Assembly (NCBI GenBank): GCA_964035545.1
Contig: OZ037765.1
Span: 9,620,698 to 9,684,697, forward strand
Length of the DNA: 64,000 bases
Reading direction: 5' to 3'
From: Bugula neritina
Lineage: Eukaryota; Animalia; Bryozoa
The position numbers and the translations under genes were made by a program. Shown here one piece after another: positions 46,871-59,900 of the stretch (position 1 is the stretch's first letter; each line of letters opens with the position of its first letter). The notes beneath the pieces are model-generated. The model searched no databases. It was not told the DNA's origin and worked only from the letters and a program-made list of their open reading frames with translations.

Positions 46871-47229
46871 TAGCTAAAAATGGGATGTCTAATGTGTATT
46901 AGTATAAATATAATCTATTTGGTAGTTTATTAATTTGACAGCTGAGATAATTTTTAGAAAAAAGTTATAAATGTGTTTGAATTTAAAAAAAAAAACAAAT
47001 TCATTACATAAATGTTTTAACTACTCAGTTTTTCGGTAAAGCTGAGCAGTGCTCCAGCTGAGAGATAGTTTTTATGTAGACTAGCCTTGAAATACTGGTA
47101 TTGCTTGCTATGTAAATGTTACATTACATTACATTACATTTTGGAATTATTTGTGCTAAGAATGTTAATAGTTATTGTCATTATATAAAACCTTTTGCTA
47201 TTCAACTGTAGAAATGCAGTTTGCCTCAA

Positions 47230-50200
47230 ATGGATCTTCGTGATGATAATCGGAAACCCAAACGATCTGCCAGGTAAGCTGTGCATATATCAAGCATTTT
47301 CTCTAATCTTTTATTGGTTCACTAAGTTGCACATAACTAATTAAATAGAAGTAAAGGGAGGTCAAAACATCATGAAATGGATGATATTCATAAAGCTAAT
47401 AACTTTTAATTATTCTATTTTGTATAACATTATTAAAATACATTTACACTCAGCAGATTTGCTCGTTTAAATATCATGCGTGTTCAACTGTGTCCTTCAC
47501 CTTCAAATTCAGTTTATGACAAACAATTGTTCATTTCATCTTTTGTAAACTACTATTTTGCAGGTCTCGAGCTCGCACACGACTAATAGAGGAAGATGCT
47601 GAAACAGAATATTCATATGGCAGTTTAGAGAATAGTGGTACCGAATCATCAATTCATGGCGATGAGTCCAGTAATCTGGGTAAATAATGTTATTATTATG
47701 TTACAGTAAGGAAACCAGACTTAGCAAGTGGGAAAGACTGCCTTGAATTTACATATACTGCTTTTTACAATACTAGCACAGATTTAATTAGTAGAAAAAA
47801 TGTGTGTAAGTTTTTTTTCAAATTTTATTATATCATTTTAAAAACAATTTTTTTCAGGTGATGGAACACCAGCTAGAGAATTATCTACTGAGCGATCATC
47901 TTTGTCTCGGGTCAGTAAAGTTGAGGAAAAAAGGTGTGTTTTCTGTTGGAGAGGAAAAAAAAGTTCTCTGGGTCAAGGCATATTGACGCGCTGTGAACCT
48001 ACTCCTGGTTTCAATCCGTTTCGAAAAACTCTGAAAGGAAGGCAGAATAGCAGTGAAAATGAAAGCAGCAAAAGACGCAACAAGGGGTTTGTCTTAACAC
48101 TCTCTTTAAGATTTTGGTTTACATAGTTTAATCTTATGAATCAAACTTACCTTTCCTGCACTTTAGTTTTGACTAATTTCTTCACATGGAATGCCGTGTT
48201 ATACTTGATTATTTCTTAGTTGCCACTGCATGGTTTAAATTTTCTGTTACTGATTAGTGTGGAATTGGCTCTGTGTGCTGAAGGTTTTGCTAAGGCTCTT
48301 ATTCGTTTCAGGGAGCCAGTCAAATCATTGTCAAAGCGTCCAGTGGAGACAGGAAAGTATGCTAATGTGTATAATGAACTGACAGATGTTGGTCTTCCTC
48401 TTGATGTCTTGGCATCCGATATTTTTGATGAGTCAGGTAAAGGATTCTAGTAGATTATCTACTTCTATTCTTGTGCAATAGGTTGTTCCGCTATTTTGTT
48501 TTATTGACTATTTTGGACCTAATGTATTGCTGGTCCTACAGATCGTGCTGTGTATGCTCACCATTGCTGCGCCGCATGGAGCGAGGGCGTTCTTCAAGCT
48601 GAGGATTACTCACTGCAGTCTGTTGATAAAGCAGCGCTTGTAGGCCTGACTTCCGTGAGTATTGTAGAAATTACGTATTACATTTGGGGAGATGGTTTTA
48701 ATTCCTACTGAAATTGCATAGTTTACTGTGCTTAGTTATTCACCTTGTTTTTAATACAATGAGTTGCTTGAAAAACATTTCAACTAGTTCTAACATGATA
48801 ATAATGCAAGCTGGCAGGTCTTAGAATGTGTTGCAATTAAGAGACTCAGGTATTTCTTCTAAAATGTCATTTAGTGCAAATTGTCACCTTTTAACGACCT
48901 TTAGACAATTATGTTGATTTGGTTATCTTACAGAAATGCAGTTTTTGTGAAAAGTTTGGGGCAACGATTCCATGTAAAGCACCCAAGTGTGGCAAAAAGT
49001 TTCACTATCCTTGTGCCTCGGGTAGTGGATGCTTTCAAGATATTAGCAGTTTAACATTACTCTGTCCTGATCATGCGGAAATGGCGGAAGTTATTGGTAA
49101 GTCTAAATTTCTGCCTGATTTGAAGATTTGGTGTTGAGTTGTGTAAGCTAAATACATGTTGTGTTCACATTTGCAACTATATGTAACATTCTATGATTAC
49201 TGCTTGCAGCCAAAGACGAATCTCATTGTGTTGTATGCGGCCAGCCTGGGATTATTCTGAAGCAGCTATTTTGTACATCTTGCGGTCAACATTATCATGG
49301 GGACTGTTTAGAGTTTGAAATAGAATGTAATACTGTAGTCAGAGCTGGCTGGCAATGCCCTGACTGTAAACTTTGTCAAGAATGTCGAAATCCTGGCGAT
49401 GATAATAAAATGCTGGTGTGCGACGTTTGTGACAAAGGGTTCCACACATTCTGTCTGGTTCCAGCCATACAGAAAGTTCCGCCCAATGGCTGGAGATGTC
49501 ATGTAAGTTTGGACAGACATAGCTGAGTTTAGTAGTCTACAGATTTGCATTCCAACTATGTAATATCTCTTAAGAATAAGAAATATGTTTTGTTTTACGA
49601 GGTTTAAGTTCTTGCTGCTAGTTATAACGCGTATTGTGTTGTAATTATCCTAACCATGTTGTAGAACTGCCGATCCTGTGTGGAATGTGGCCAGAAATAT
49701 GATGATATAAAGTGGCACAGAAATTACACCGTGTGCGATAATTGTCATCTGCAGAAGCAAAGGGGTCCAGTTTGTCCTGTTTGTAAGAAAGTCTACAAGT
49801 TGTTCAACAATAAAGGCATGACTATGTGCACTGTTTGCAAGAAGTACGTGCACAATGCATGCGACAAGGAAATTGATAAAGCAGGTGTGTTTTGTGGTAC
49901 ACAGTGTTATGAGCATGGTAATTATCCAAACGATATTGTTAGTTCAGTAACATTTTTACCTTCTCCCTTCACCTACACTCTGTGTTTGTGTTTTTTTGGC
50001 AGATGCAAAAAAATATAAATGTTCGGCGTGCGTGCCTGCATCTGCAAGTACCTCGGCAGCGAGCTCCAAGGAGCCGTGCGTTGCTGTCACTGATGTCACC
50101 TTGGAGGATACGATGGAAGTAACTGAGCAGCAGCACTTCGAGTCAGACTCTGAGTTGGCTGACTCTGAGAAGGTGAGTGTCTAGTTTTACTCTGTGTCTA

Positions 50201-53200
50201 GTTTCACTATGTGTCTAGTTTTACTATGTGTCTAGTTTCACTATGTGTCTAGTTTCACTCTGTGTCTAGTTTCACTATGTGTCTAGTTTCACTATGTGTC
50301 TAGTTTCACTCTGTGTCTAGTTTCACTATGTGTCTAGTTTCACTATGTGTCTAGTTTCACTCTGTGTCTAGTGTCACTATGTGTCTAGTTTCACTATGTG
50401 TCTAGTTTCACTATGTGTCTAGTTTCACTCTGTGTCTAGTTTCACTATGTGTCTAGTTTCACTATGTGTCTAGTTTCACTCTGTGTCTAGTTTCACTATG
50501 TGTCTAGTTTCACTCTGTGTCTTGTTTTACTATGTGTTTTGTTTCACTATGTGTCTTGTTTCACTATGTGTCTTGTTTCACTATGTGTCTAGTTTCACTC
50601 TGTGTCTTGTTTCACTCTGTGTCTAGTTTCACTATGTGTCTAGTTTCACTATGTGTCTAGTTTCACTATGTGTCTAGTTTCACTATGTGTCTAGTTTCAC
50701 TCTGTGTCTAGTTTCACTCTGTGTCTTGTTTTACTATGTGTCTTGTTTCACTCTGTGTCTAGTTTCACTCTGTGTCTAGTTTCACTATGTGTCTAGTTTC
50801 ACTCTGTGTCTAGTTTCACTCTGTGTCTAGTTTCACTATGTGTCTAGTTTCACTATGTGTCTAGTTTCACTATGTGTCTAGTTTCACTCTGTGTCTAGTT
50901 TCACTATACAGTGTGTCTAGTTTCACTATGTGTCTAGTTTCACTATGTGTCTAGTTTTACTATGTGTCTTGTTTCACTATGTGTCTAGTTCTACTCTGTG
51001 TCTTGTTGTTTCATAGTGTAAACTAAGAGCAACATTGCTAGCAAGGTTACAATCAATAATAGCAATATATAATAATATTATTAAGTAATTATATAAGTAA
51101 TGGCAAGTGTAGTAACGTGAAGTTGGGTTGTTTTTAGATGAGCACCAGCTCTTCCTCCAGCCGGATTCGTCCTGTGAAGCCTGGCAGAGGAAAACCTGCT
51201 TCCTTTACCAGAGGAAGTTCAGCGATCAAGAGGCCACCAAGCAAAAGCACCAGAACCTCTGCACCATTAGGTGTACGGTCAAAGGTAAGAGTGCGTTGTG
51301 CAAACTATTTATCAGTCTTCATAAATAGTTTACTGAATAAGTGATGACAGCAAGATGTTTTCTTCTAGAAAGTATGTCTATACATAGGTAGTTAATTGGC
51401 ATAATTTGGTTTATTGTGAAAGTTTTCGTTCTGAAGTGCATAAACACATAAATATAATATAATTAATATAGTTTGTATTGTCACTCATTGCTGTGCTGTA
51501 CACCAGGGCAAAGTTATGAAGAAGCGAAGCCGACCTGCGCCAACTGATAATCGGGTGAAGAGAAGTAAAATGGCTGAAACTATTGCCACGACGCATGTAA
51601 GTATCTTATCGTCTAGTCTTTTTGTCGACAATAATACAATTGAGAAGATGGCTGGACATTTTAACTTGACTTGTTTGTAGAGTGCTGCACCGAGTGCAGA
51701 GAGTATTAAGAAGCTGGATGACGAGGACCAACACGCTGCCGTTGTCTTGGCAGCAGCATCAGATCTGTTTGTGTTGACACAGGACATGTGTGTGTCTTGT
51801 GGTAGTTTTGGTTCTGAAAGTGAAGGCGATCTCATCACGTGCACTCAGTGTGGCCAGTGCTACCACCCTTTCTGTGCTCAAGTCAAGGTATAGGAACTTC
51901 ATATCAGAGCATGCCTACTTTCAAATGGTCATATTAGTTCACCAAACAAACCACTTATACAACACCTTCCTTTGTGTGAGCTGACCATTTAAAGTCTTCT
52001 GCTGCTAGCACATTTATAAAAATCTTGATATTTACTTAATACAACCAATATGATGTTTGGTACACTGTGGCAATATTTTACAATGTATACAGACATAAAT
52101 ACCGAATAAATATGTATTATTTGATTTTGCATAAGGCTATTAGGGGTACATTTGACAGCCTTAATCATTGAATATATTACAATGATGTACGAGTTTTATG
52201 CTGAATATATTCAACACATTTCACGCTCTCTGGTGATATAAAAATGTCCCAGGAAGCAAAACGCTTTAATTTACGATAGTAATGTAGGTTATAAGTATAG
52301 AGCCTAGAGATTTTTTATGTAATATGTTTTGCCTATATCTTGCTGATGTTGGTCCAGGTTAACAGTGTCATACTGACAAAAGGATGGCGTTGCTTAGACT
52401 GTACAGTGTGTGAAGGATGTGGTAAGCCAACTGATGAACCCAACTTATTGCTTTGTGATGAATGTGACATCAGCTTTCATACATACTGCTTAGACCCTCC
52501 TCTCAAGCATGTACCTAAAGGAAACTGGAAATGCAAATGGTGAGATGTGAACCTTTGTTTTACACGGTATAAAGTTTTTTCATACAATACGTGGCTGTTG
52601 ATGTTTTAAATACAATACATATTTATGTGTGCATAACATATGACTATTTGTGCCCAGTAAATTTTAGATTTGTTACCTTGCCAGCGCGTTATGTGGTGGT
52701 GAGTAAAAGTATCATGGCCTACATTGTAATACATATATATATAATATATATGTATAAGGCATATTATTTTGCACTGTGCGCTAATGTTGATGTAATCTAA
52801 TATTGCATCAAATTGTAATATACACAATTCATATTGTAATGTCTACTGTTTGTGCTAGAAGCTTCTAGAATTGGACTATTCAAGAATATAAAAACTTTCT
52901 ACCTCATTATTTAGGCTAACCAGATCATTAGTTTCTTGTGTCTTTTTCTCACCAGCACAAAGCCAACATACTTGCGTGTTTATTTGCTAGTTGGCACTAA
53001 TTTTCAATGGGGAATATTGCTGACTATTTGCAGGTGTGTTCACTGCCGTTACTGTGGGTCAGCAAGTCCTGGCTATGGTTGTGAGTGGATTAACAACTAC
53101 ACAGAGTGTGGGCCATGTCACAGTGTGACTGACTGTCCTGTATGCAGCCAGTGTTACATGGACAATGAGCTAGTGATACAGTGCACTCAGTGTGAAAGGT

Positions 53201-56200
53201 ACATTCTCTATTGTCTCCTTTTGTATAGCAAGTGAAAATGTTCATCATTTAATAAACAAAAGCATTAGTGCACCCAAAGATTTATTTTAGTTTCAATAGC
53301 AATTTTCAATTGCATTATTTTCATATTACAATCAAAGTTGCTGATGTAAATTCTGGTGTCAACAGTCATCAGCTGTAATTGTTGTAATTCGATTGAAGTA
53401 GACTTTATATTTTTCAATAATTTTTTCTATAATTATAGGTGGCTGCACACTGCCTGTGATAATATGCACACTGAAGATGATGCGGAGAGAATGTCCAATT
53501 TAGGGTATAACTGTGTATTTTGTCGTCCCAAAACCGGGGCTCCATCGCCAAGCCCTCCTACGCCTGTGGTTCAACCACCCACACCCTTGAGTATAACATC
53601 TCCTGGCTTTTCTTCTGCCCCTGTGAAAGAGGAACCAAAGTCATATTTAGTGGATGGTATCAACCTGTCGGAGAATGGCCTTGGCTTAATGAAACAATTA
53701 GCCGTGGAAGTTCCTCCATCTCAAATCTCATTGGCTCAAAAAGCTGCTCAGGCAGCTCGATTGGCTAAAAATCGACAGATGAAAATAAAGCAAAGCCATC
53801 CTCAGATGTCTCAACTTTTGTCCGTTACGACAGAAATGCCAGGTGAGCCTTTCAGCTGACTGTGACTTGTGGAAGTCTTCTCAACTATTTTATTGACTAT
53901 TTTTTTATAGGAAATACAAGTTTCAGTGCTACATGAGCAGCTGTCGTCTATTTGCTCTAGATATACCCATGGAAGAAGACGGGGCTGGCAATGCTGCCGC
54001 CGATCCTACTCGCTCATCTTTGGACGCTGACACAGATTCCCTGCTGGCGGAGGCGCTGCTCTCACCGGCTGTCAGTGAGGCAGCTCGAGGTGATTTCTCG
54101 GCCGATGTCATACAGTCTACTCTCACCAGCGACGGAGCTCCTCTAACTGATCCAGCTTGTACAGATGCTAACAAGATAAAGAAACGATCCAGAAAACCTC
54201 CTCCTTTAGGTAACCGCTCTGGTCTATATTACCTGTTGTTTGTACATGCTTCAAGTAACAAACTGATGTATTCATTTGTTTTACAATAAATACAAATATG
54301 TTTTATTTGCAGGCATTGGTGGGTTTGTTGCTAAGCCTAGACAGCGACCACCAACTAAAGTTGTCATGGTGGTGCAAGGTCCATATACAGCTGACGGCCA
54401 GCCACCAGCACCACCGACTGACGCTGCTGCTGCAGAGGGTGTGTCAGCTGATGGAAAGAAAAAAATTGTTAGGAAAATGAGAAAAAAGGGACAAATTGAA
54501 GATGCATACCCTAGCTATCTGCAGGTACCGTTAATATTTCACTTCTAGTAAGTTTTTCCAATTGAATTAAGTTTTCACCAATTGAAAACAATTCTCTCTT
54601 TTCAACTGTGTTGGGCATTATTTATAGGAAGCCTTCTTTGGTAAATCTACGCTAGAGCAATCCAAAGCGGAGCCGTCTACATCTATACTGCACCAGAATC
54701 AACCCGCCACTGACTCTACACTTGAGCTTAGTATTTCTAATCCACAAGTTATCCCACAGGACTGTACAATCAAGCTAGCTGAAGGGGTGACTATCCCATC
54801 CTCAGAGCCACAGCTTGGTATAGCAAATATTCTAGACGATCCATCAGAAGTTACAAATAAAGATGGCAACGTCTCAGACGAAGTCCATCATATTGGTATG
54901 ATTATATTTGTACTCTTATTAGAATTATGATATACATGTTTTGTTATTGATATTTGAGTAGAACACTGTCACTGTAGTGTGTAAGAATTTTGAACTGCTG
55001 TATTTTGTTTAGATGGTGAGGACTTGGATATACTTAAAGGTGTACCTGGTGAAATGTTACACGGAGAGCTACCGGATGAACTCTATAAAATATTCCGTAA
55101 GCATATGGGTCGTTTCTCTTTATCTTATGCTAACAAAGTCTATGCTAAATAACGGTCGGAAAATTTTGGCATTGATAGTTTTCTATTCATGTTGAAGTTT
55201 ATAAATTTTGTAATTTATAAAAAAAGTTTTATGTTAGGCGATGTATTAACCTTTCGGTAAATTTTAATATTTTCTATAATTATGAATCAGAAAGACTAAG
55301 TGGTAGAGAAAGATTAATGAAATATGTAATCATTAATAGGCAAATAATTCTTACCTAATTTTATAACCTAATTATATATTTTAAACAATAGAAACAGACA
55401 TTTTATAAGTCTTAACAATCATTTAGCTATATATTATTGCCAATGTGTGTGTATATGCAAATAATGACAATTGCTTTTGTATACCCCTTGAAAATTATGA
55501 TCTTGGATCAATCTCTAGCCAAAGACACTACAATTCTCATAAATAACATCAAAATGTTTGTAAACTACTTGTATATAATGTCTTTCTTTTTCTTTCAGAG
55601 GCTATAGAGTCTGATTTGGTAGATACAAGAGAAGCTGGTCCAAGTGACAGTAAGTCCACTACGAGAGCTGAGCCAGTTGAGAGCGAAATGGATCTTGTGG
55701 ATTCTAATTTTGAAGAGTTCCTTAAAGGCATTATGGAGACCGGGGAGGAGACAGGTACGCCCCGTCTTCTCAACTCTTACTTTTTCTCTCCTGTAGTATA
55801 GCTACACCAGTTTCTCTCGTCTTTTCTGTCCTACTAGATGTGGTTCTGCATATTCTAGGTGAACTGCCAGACATGCCTGTGTCCGGAGAAACTGCTGATG
55901 CTGTGTCTGACGCAATGTCACTGCACTCGAAATTGAGCACCTCACCACTACCAATGCAGGGTCTGTCACAGCCGATTCTGAATCAGCAGCAACCACTGCA
56001 CCCCTCTCGGCAGCCATCATTGCACCAGCCACAGGCGATACCTCAGCCGCAGTCGTATCAACCGCCAATGCACATGCCCCACCAGCAGCCTGTTCCTCAG
56101 TTGCAGCAGATACACCCGCAGCTACAGAGGCATCTACAGCAGCCCCAGCAGCAGCTGCAGCAACAACTTCATCAGCAGCAGTTGCACCATCCGCCACAGT

Positions 56201-56882
56201 TGCCGTCTTCTATGCAGGCACCTATGCAAGTTTCCATGCACGACTCTTTCAACATGAATATGCCCTCTTCATTTATAGCTGCCCCTCCGTCAGCGTCCCC
56301 TGTTGAAACAGCTGTTCAAGCTGCGCCAGATTTTCATCAACCTCCACACACTCAGTAAGTTGCTTTGTCAAAATTCTTTCTCCATTTGCATAATGTTTGA
56401 TAGTAAAGAGGTGTTGTGTGATGTATATATATGTGTGCTTACCTTTTGCAGAATGATGCCAGCAGCTGCGCCATCTTCAGTAGCCAGTTCACTGCCAGGC
56501 TCTGTCTCAGGCTCTCACCCTGGTACTCCATTCAGTCCCTCCACTTTTAATGAGCCAAACTGGCCAACCAGTAGCTCTTCAGCAACTGCTGCCGCTGACC
56601 AAGATGAAGGAGATCGGATGTCTCTCAACCAGAAGAACATGCTCAAGGTGAGCTTCATATGTCTGTTTGAGCTCTTATTAAGGGTTTGCGGTCACCCAGT
56701 ACAATTGTGTCTCATTGGTAGCTTGATACTTGCTGATCATAACCAACCTAGTGTGTTTTTATATTATATTCTACAATTTATAAGAACAATTTTTTTTAAA
56801 TGTATCATTGCGGTATTTTACTGGACAAAATAATTTTCACAAACACTGGTGCCTTTCTGTAGTATGGAATTTATGTTTTCTA

Positions 56883-56941
<59 letters not shown>

Positions 56942-59900
56942 ATAAAAGCACTAGGTTTCAAGATCATTCATAAACAAGTGATTGTAGCAGAAGACCTTTA
57001 AAATAAGTCATCTGTAAAACCACATTTTGTTAAATTTTTCCCCAGTTACAGATTTACAGTTAATAATTTGTGTTTGTATTTGACAATAGTGGAGAGATGA
57101 TGAGCCACTGGGTTTAGATGCCACTATTTCTCCAGTCCTATTTGCTAATATGAAGCATCCAGAGCTGAAGCAACAGTTTCCAGATTGGACAGAGCGTTGC
57201 AAACAAATAGGAAAGTTTTGGAGGAAGATGCCCACTGAACAGAGAGCCCCCTATTTGGTTAGTTTGTCTTGTCAAATGCTTTTTGTTGGAAATTCTGACA
57301 TATGCATGATCTTTGTTTTATATCATATTATGTTGTCTTTATATTGTGTAATCATGTTGTTTCATAGTATTTCTCAGTCCATGCTCAAAGACTTCTGCTA
57401 CCCTTTCTGTCAAAAAATAGCCTAAGGCTCCCTGATTCTGAGTGTAGTGAAATTAGCGCTAGTTTACTCAGCTACACAATGCTTTTACACTTGGAAGTAT
57501 TTTTTGCAACATAATAGGTGAAGAAAATAGCTGAAAAATATAAATAAGAAATTGTTTGCCCCTGTTTAGTGCTTTGAAAATGATAACGTTACCTTCCTAT
57601 GACATAGAATTTATTTGTAACATGTGCATAATATATGTTTGGTAAATAACATCAGTCAATTTTAAGCTCTCCAATGATCTTAAGTATTAGGTGGCAGAAG
57701 ATCTTCAATATCTGACCTTTTTTTATAGTTTTATTTGCGTCAGCTTACTAAGAATTGCATAATTACAGGTGGATTATTTTGAGGTTTGTGCTTTAATAGT
57801 TCAGATTTGATACACGTGCATATTTGTTGAATATTTCTGTTACCCTGGATTTCGTTTATTTGTTGATTAATGCATTCACACTATCCTCTGCTTTGCTCTT
57901 TCTTTGTTTTTGACTTCTAAACTCGCGATTATTACTCAATTTGCTAAACTACCCAATTAAGATCTGGGCTCCGGCTTCTATGTGCGTACCTGCTGTAAGA
58001 GACTAATGCCATCAGTGGTTCATGTTCATGTACTGATTAGTACTAGCAACATTTAAATGTTTTATGTTGGTTCCGGACATTTTAGTCTGTATTTGTTTAC
58101 CAAATTATAATTTTCATCATGTGCTAGTAGTCAACATTTAAAATACGGAATTAGCGAACATTGTTTTAATGTGGCTATTCTTTTGCTTATTAGAAACAGG
58201 CTCAAGAGAACCGAAACAAGAGATCTAAGATGAACAAGACTGCACGGAAAAAGCAGTCCAAGGAGAGTCCATTAGGATCTCCCCGAGGGGCGGGAATGTC
58301 GCCAGGCAGTGCCAGTTCTTTGAAGACTGGAGATCCTTCTGTTTCTGAATCTGGTGCTGTTGGAGCTACTTTCCAACCTCCCCAAACACCTCTTGGTAAG
58401 CAGTATAGGGCTATAGGCATGTCTTTGTGTAAATATTCATCTCATCATGCAGTTTTTTTTTATAATACTTAAAGACTTTTGTCATTTTCATCTCCCAACA
58501 CAAATAGCGTGAGTAGCAACTGATGATGTAATATTTTAAGAAATACTGAAAGTTTTTTAATCAAATTTTCAATTGTTTTGTATTCACTATTGAATGTTAT
58601 TGTCTTGTCAGTTGTATTATATACATGATATACATGATATACATTATATACATTTTATACATTATATACATTATATACATTATATATTATTTAACAAATA
58701 TTTGTATTGTACTAGTTTGCTTCAATGCAACGATTTTGTTACTGTCTTATTTTTATTCACTATATAAACTGTTGATATGTTCATAGTGTAGTGATTAATG
58801 TTTGTTGATATTCTCATATAGGCAGCAGCCATGCCATGGATCCATATAGCTGCCCTCCTGCTACTCCGGGCATTGTCCAACAGCCCGCTACTCCAAGAGA
58901 GACCGGCACTGCTATTGGTTCCCAGGAAGGCACTTCAGATCTTATAAGGTATACATTAATAATGTCATCAGCTGCTTATTTAGCAAACTAAATGCACCTC
59001 TTACTTAATAATTTCCCACTACTAATTCTCGATTGCAAACTTTACAGAGACGACGCATACAGCCAGCCACCACCGACACCGTACACGCCATCAGCCATTA
59101 TGCAGCCTCCTACACCAATGGATACTAGTGGAGAGGTCCTTGCAGATGATGCAGCACAGCTTTCCTCTTCGGTATGCAGTTTATGTCTCTCTCTTCAAAA
59201 TATTTTGTTTGTAATTATTATCTCTAAATGATGTACTTGTTCTAGTCTATTGTGTACTTGCTTTAGTCAATACTCGTACCCTTGTTTTAGGCATACATCT
59301 GTTGAAGTCTATAGTAAACTTTTTGCATTTGACGATATAATTTACAGTCTCTGTCATGCAGTATCTCATATCGTAATCTGGGCACCTCTTGATAACCTGT
59401 GTACCTAAATTTCCTCTAATAAATATGTTACGTATTCAGACTGTTAACTGTATAGAATATTTACTTTACACTCACTTACACAGTGTCCTGGGCCGTTTAC
59501 AAAGAGACTGACCATGTTAAGTCGTCGTGTTCAGTCTCAAGATAAACAGTCCCAAATGAATGTTGTAAATAAACAACAGTTGCTGGTAAGTGTTATCTCC
59601 CCGCCCTCTGCCTTTCGCCGCATGCTGTCAATTTTATATCTAGCATGTGCAGTTATTCCTTACAAACGAATTGTCCAACAGACGTGATTCTCCACAGGTT
59701 CAACTTCCATAGATTAAAGCAATTTCCAGAATGTCACGTTGGATCGTATTAAGATATTAACATCTTGATGCATGGTTTCTTTAGTATTCAGTTGATTGCG
59801 TCAACACAAAACCCTGCCTGTTTACTAATAACTCACTCCCTGCATGTATCTAACTTGTAGCTTGTATTTGCATACTATTCTCATCATGTTTTGGGTACTG

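Noticed and set aside
50177-51007. CRISPR-like regular repeat
   Set aside because: Contiguous units without unique spacers, in a eukaryotic intron, with no cas genes.
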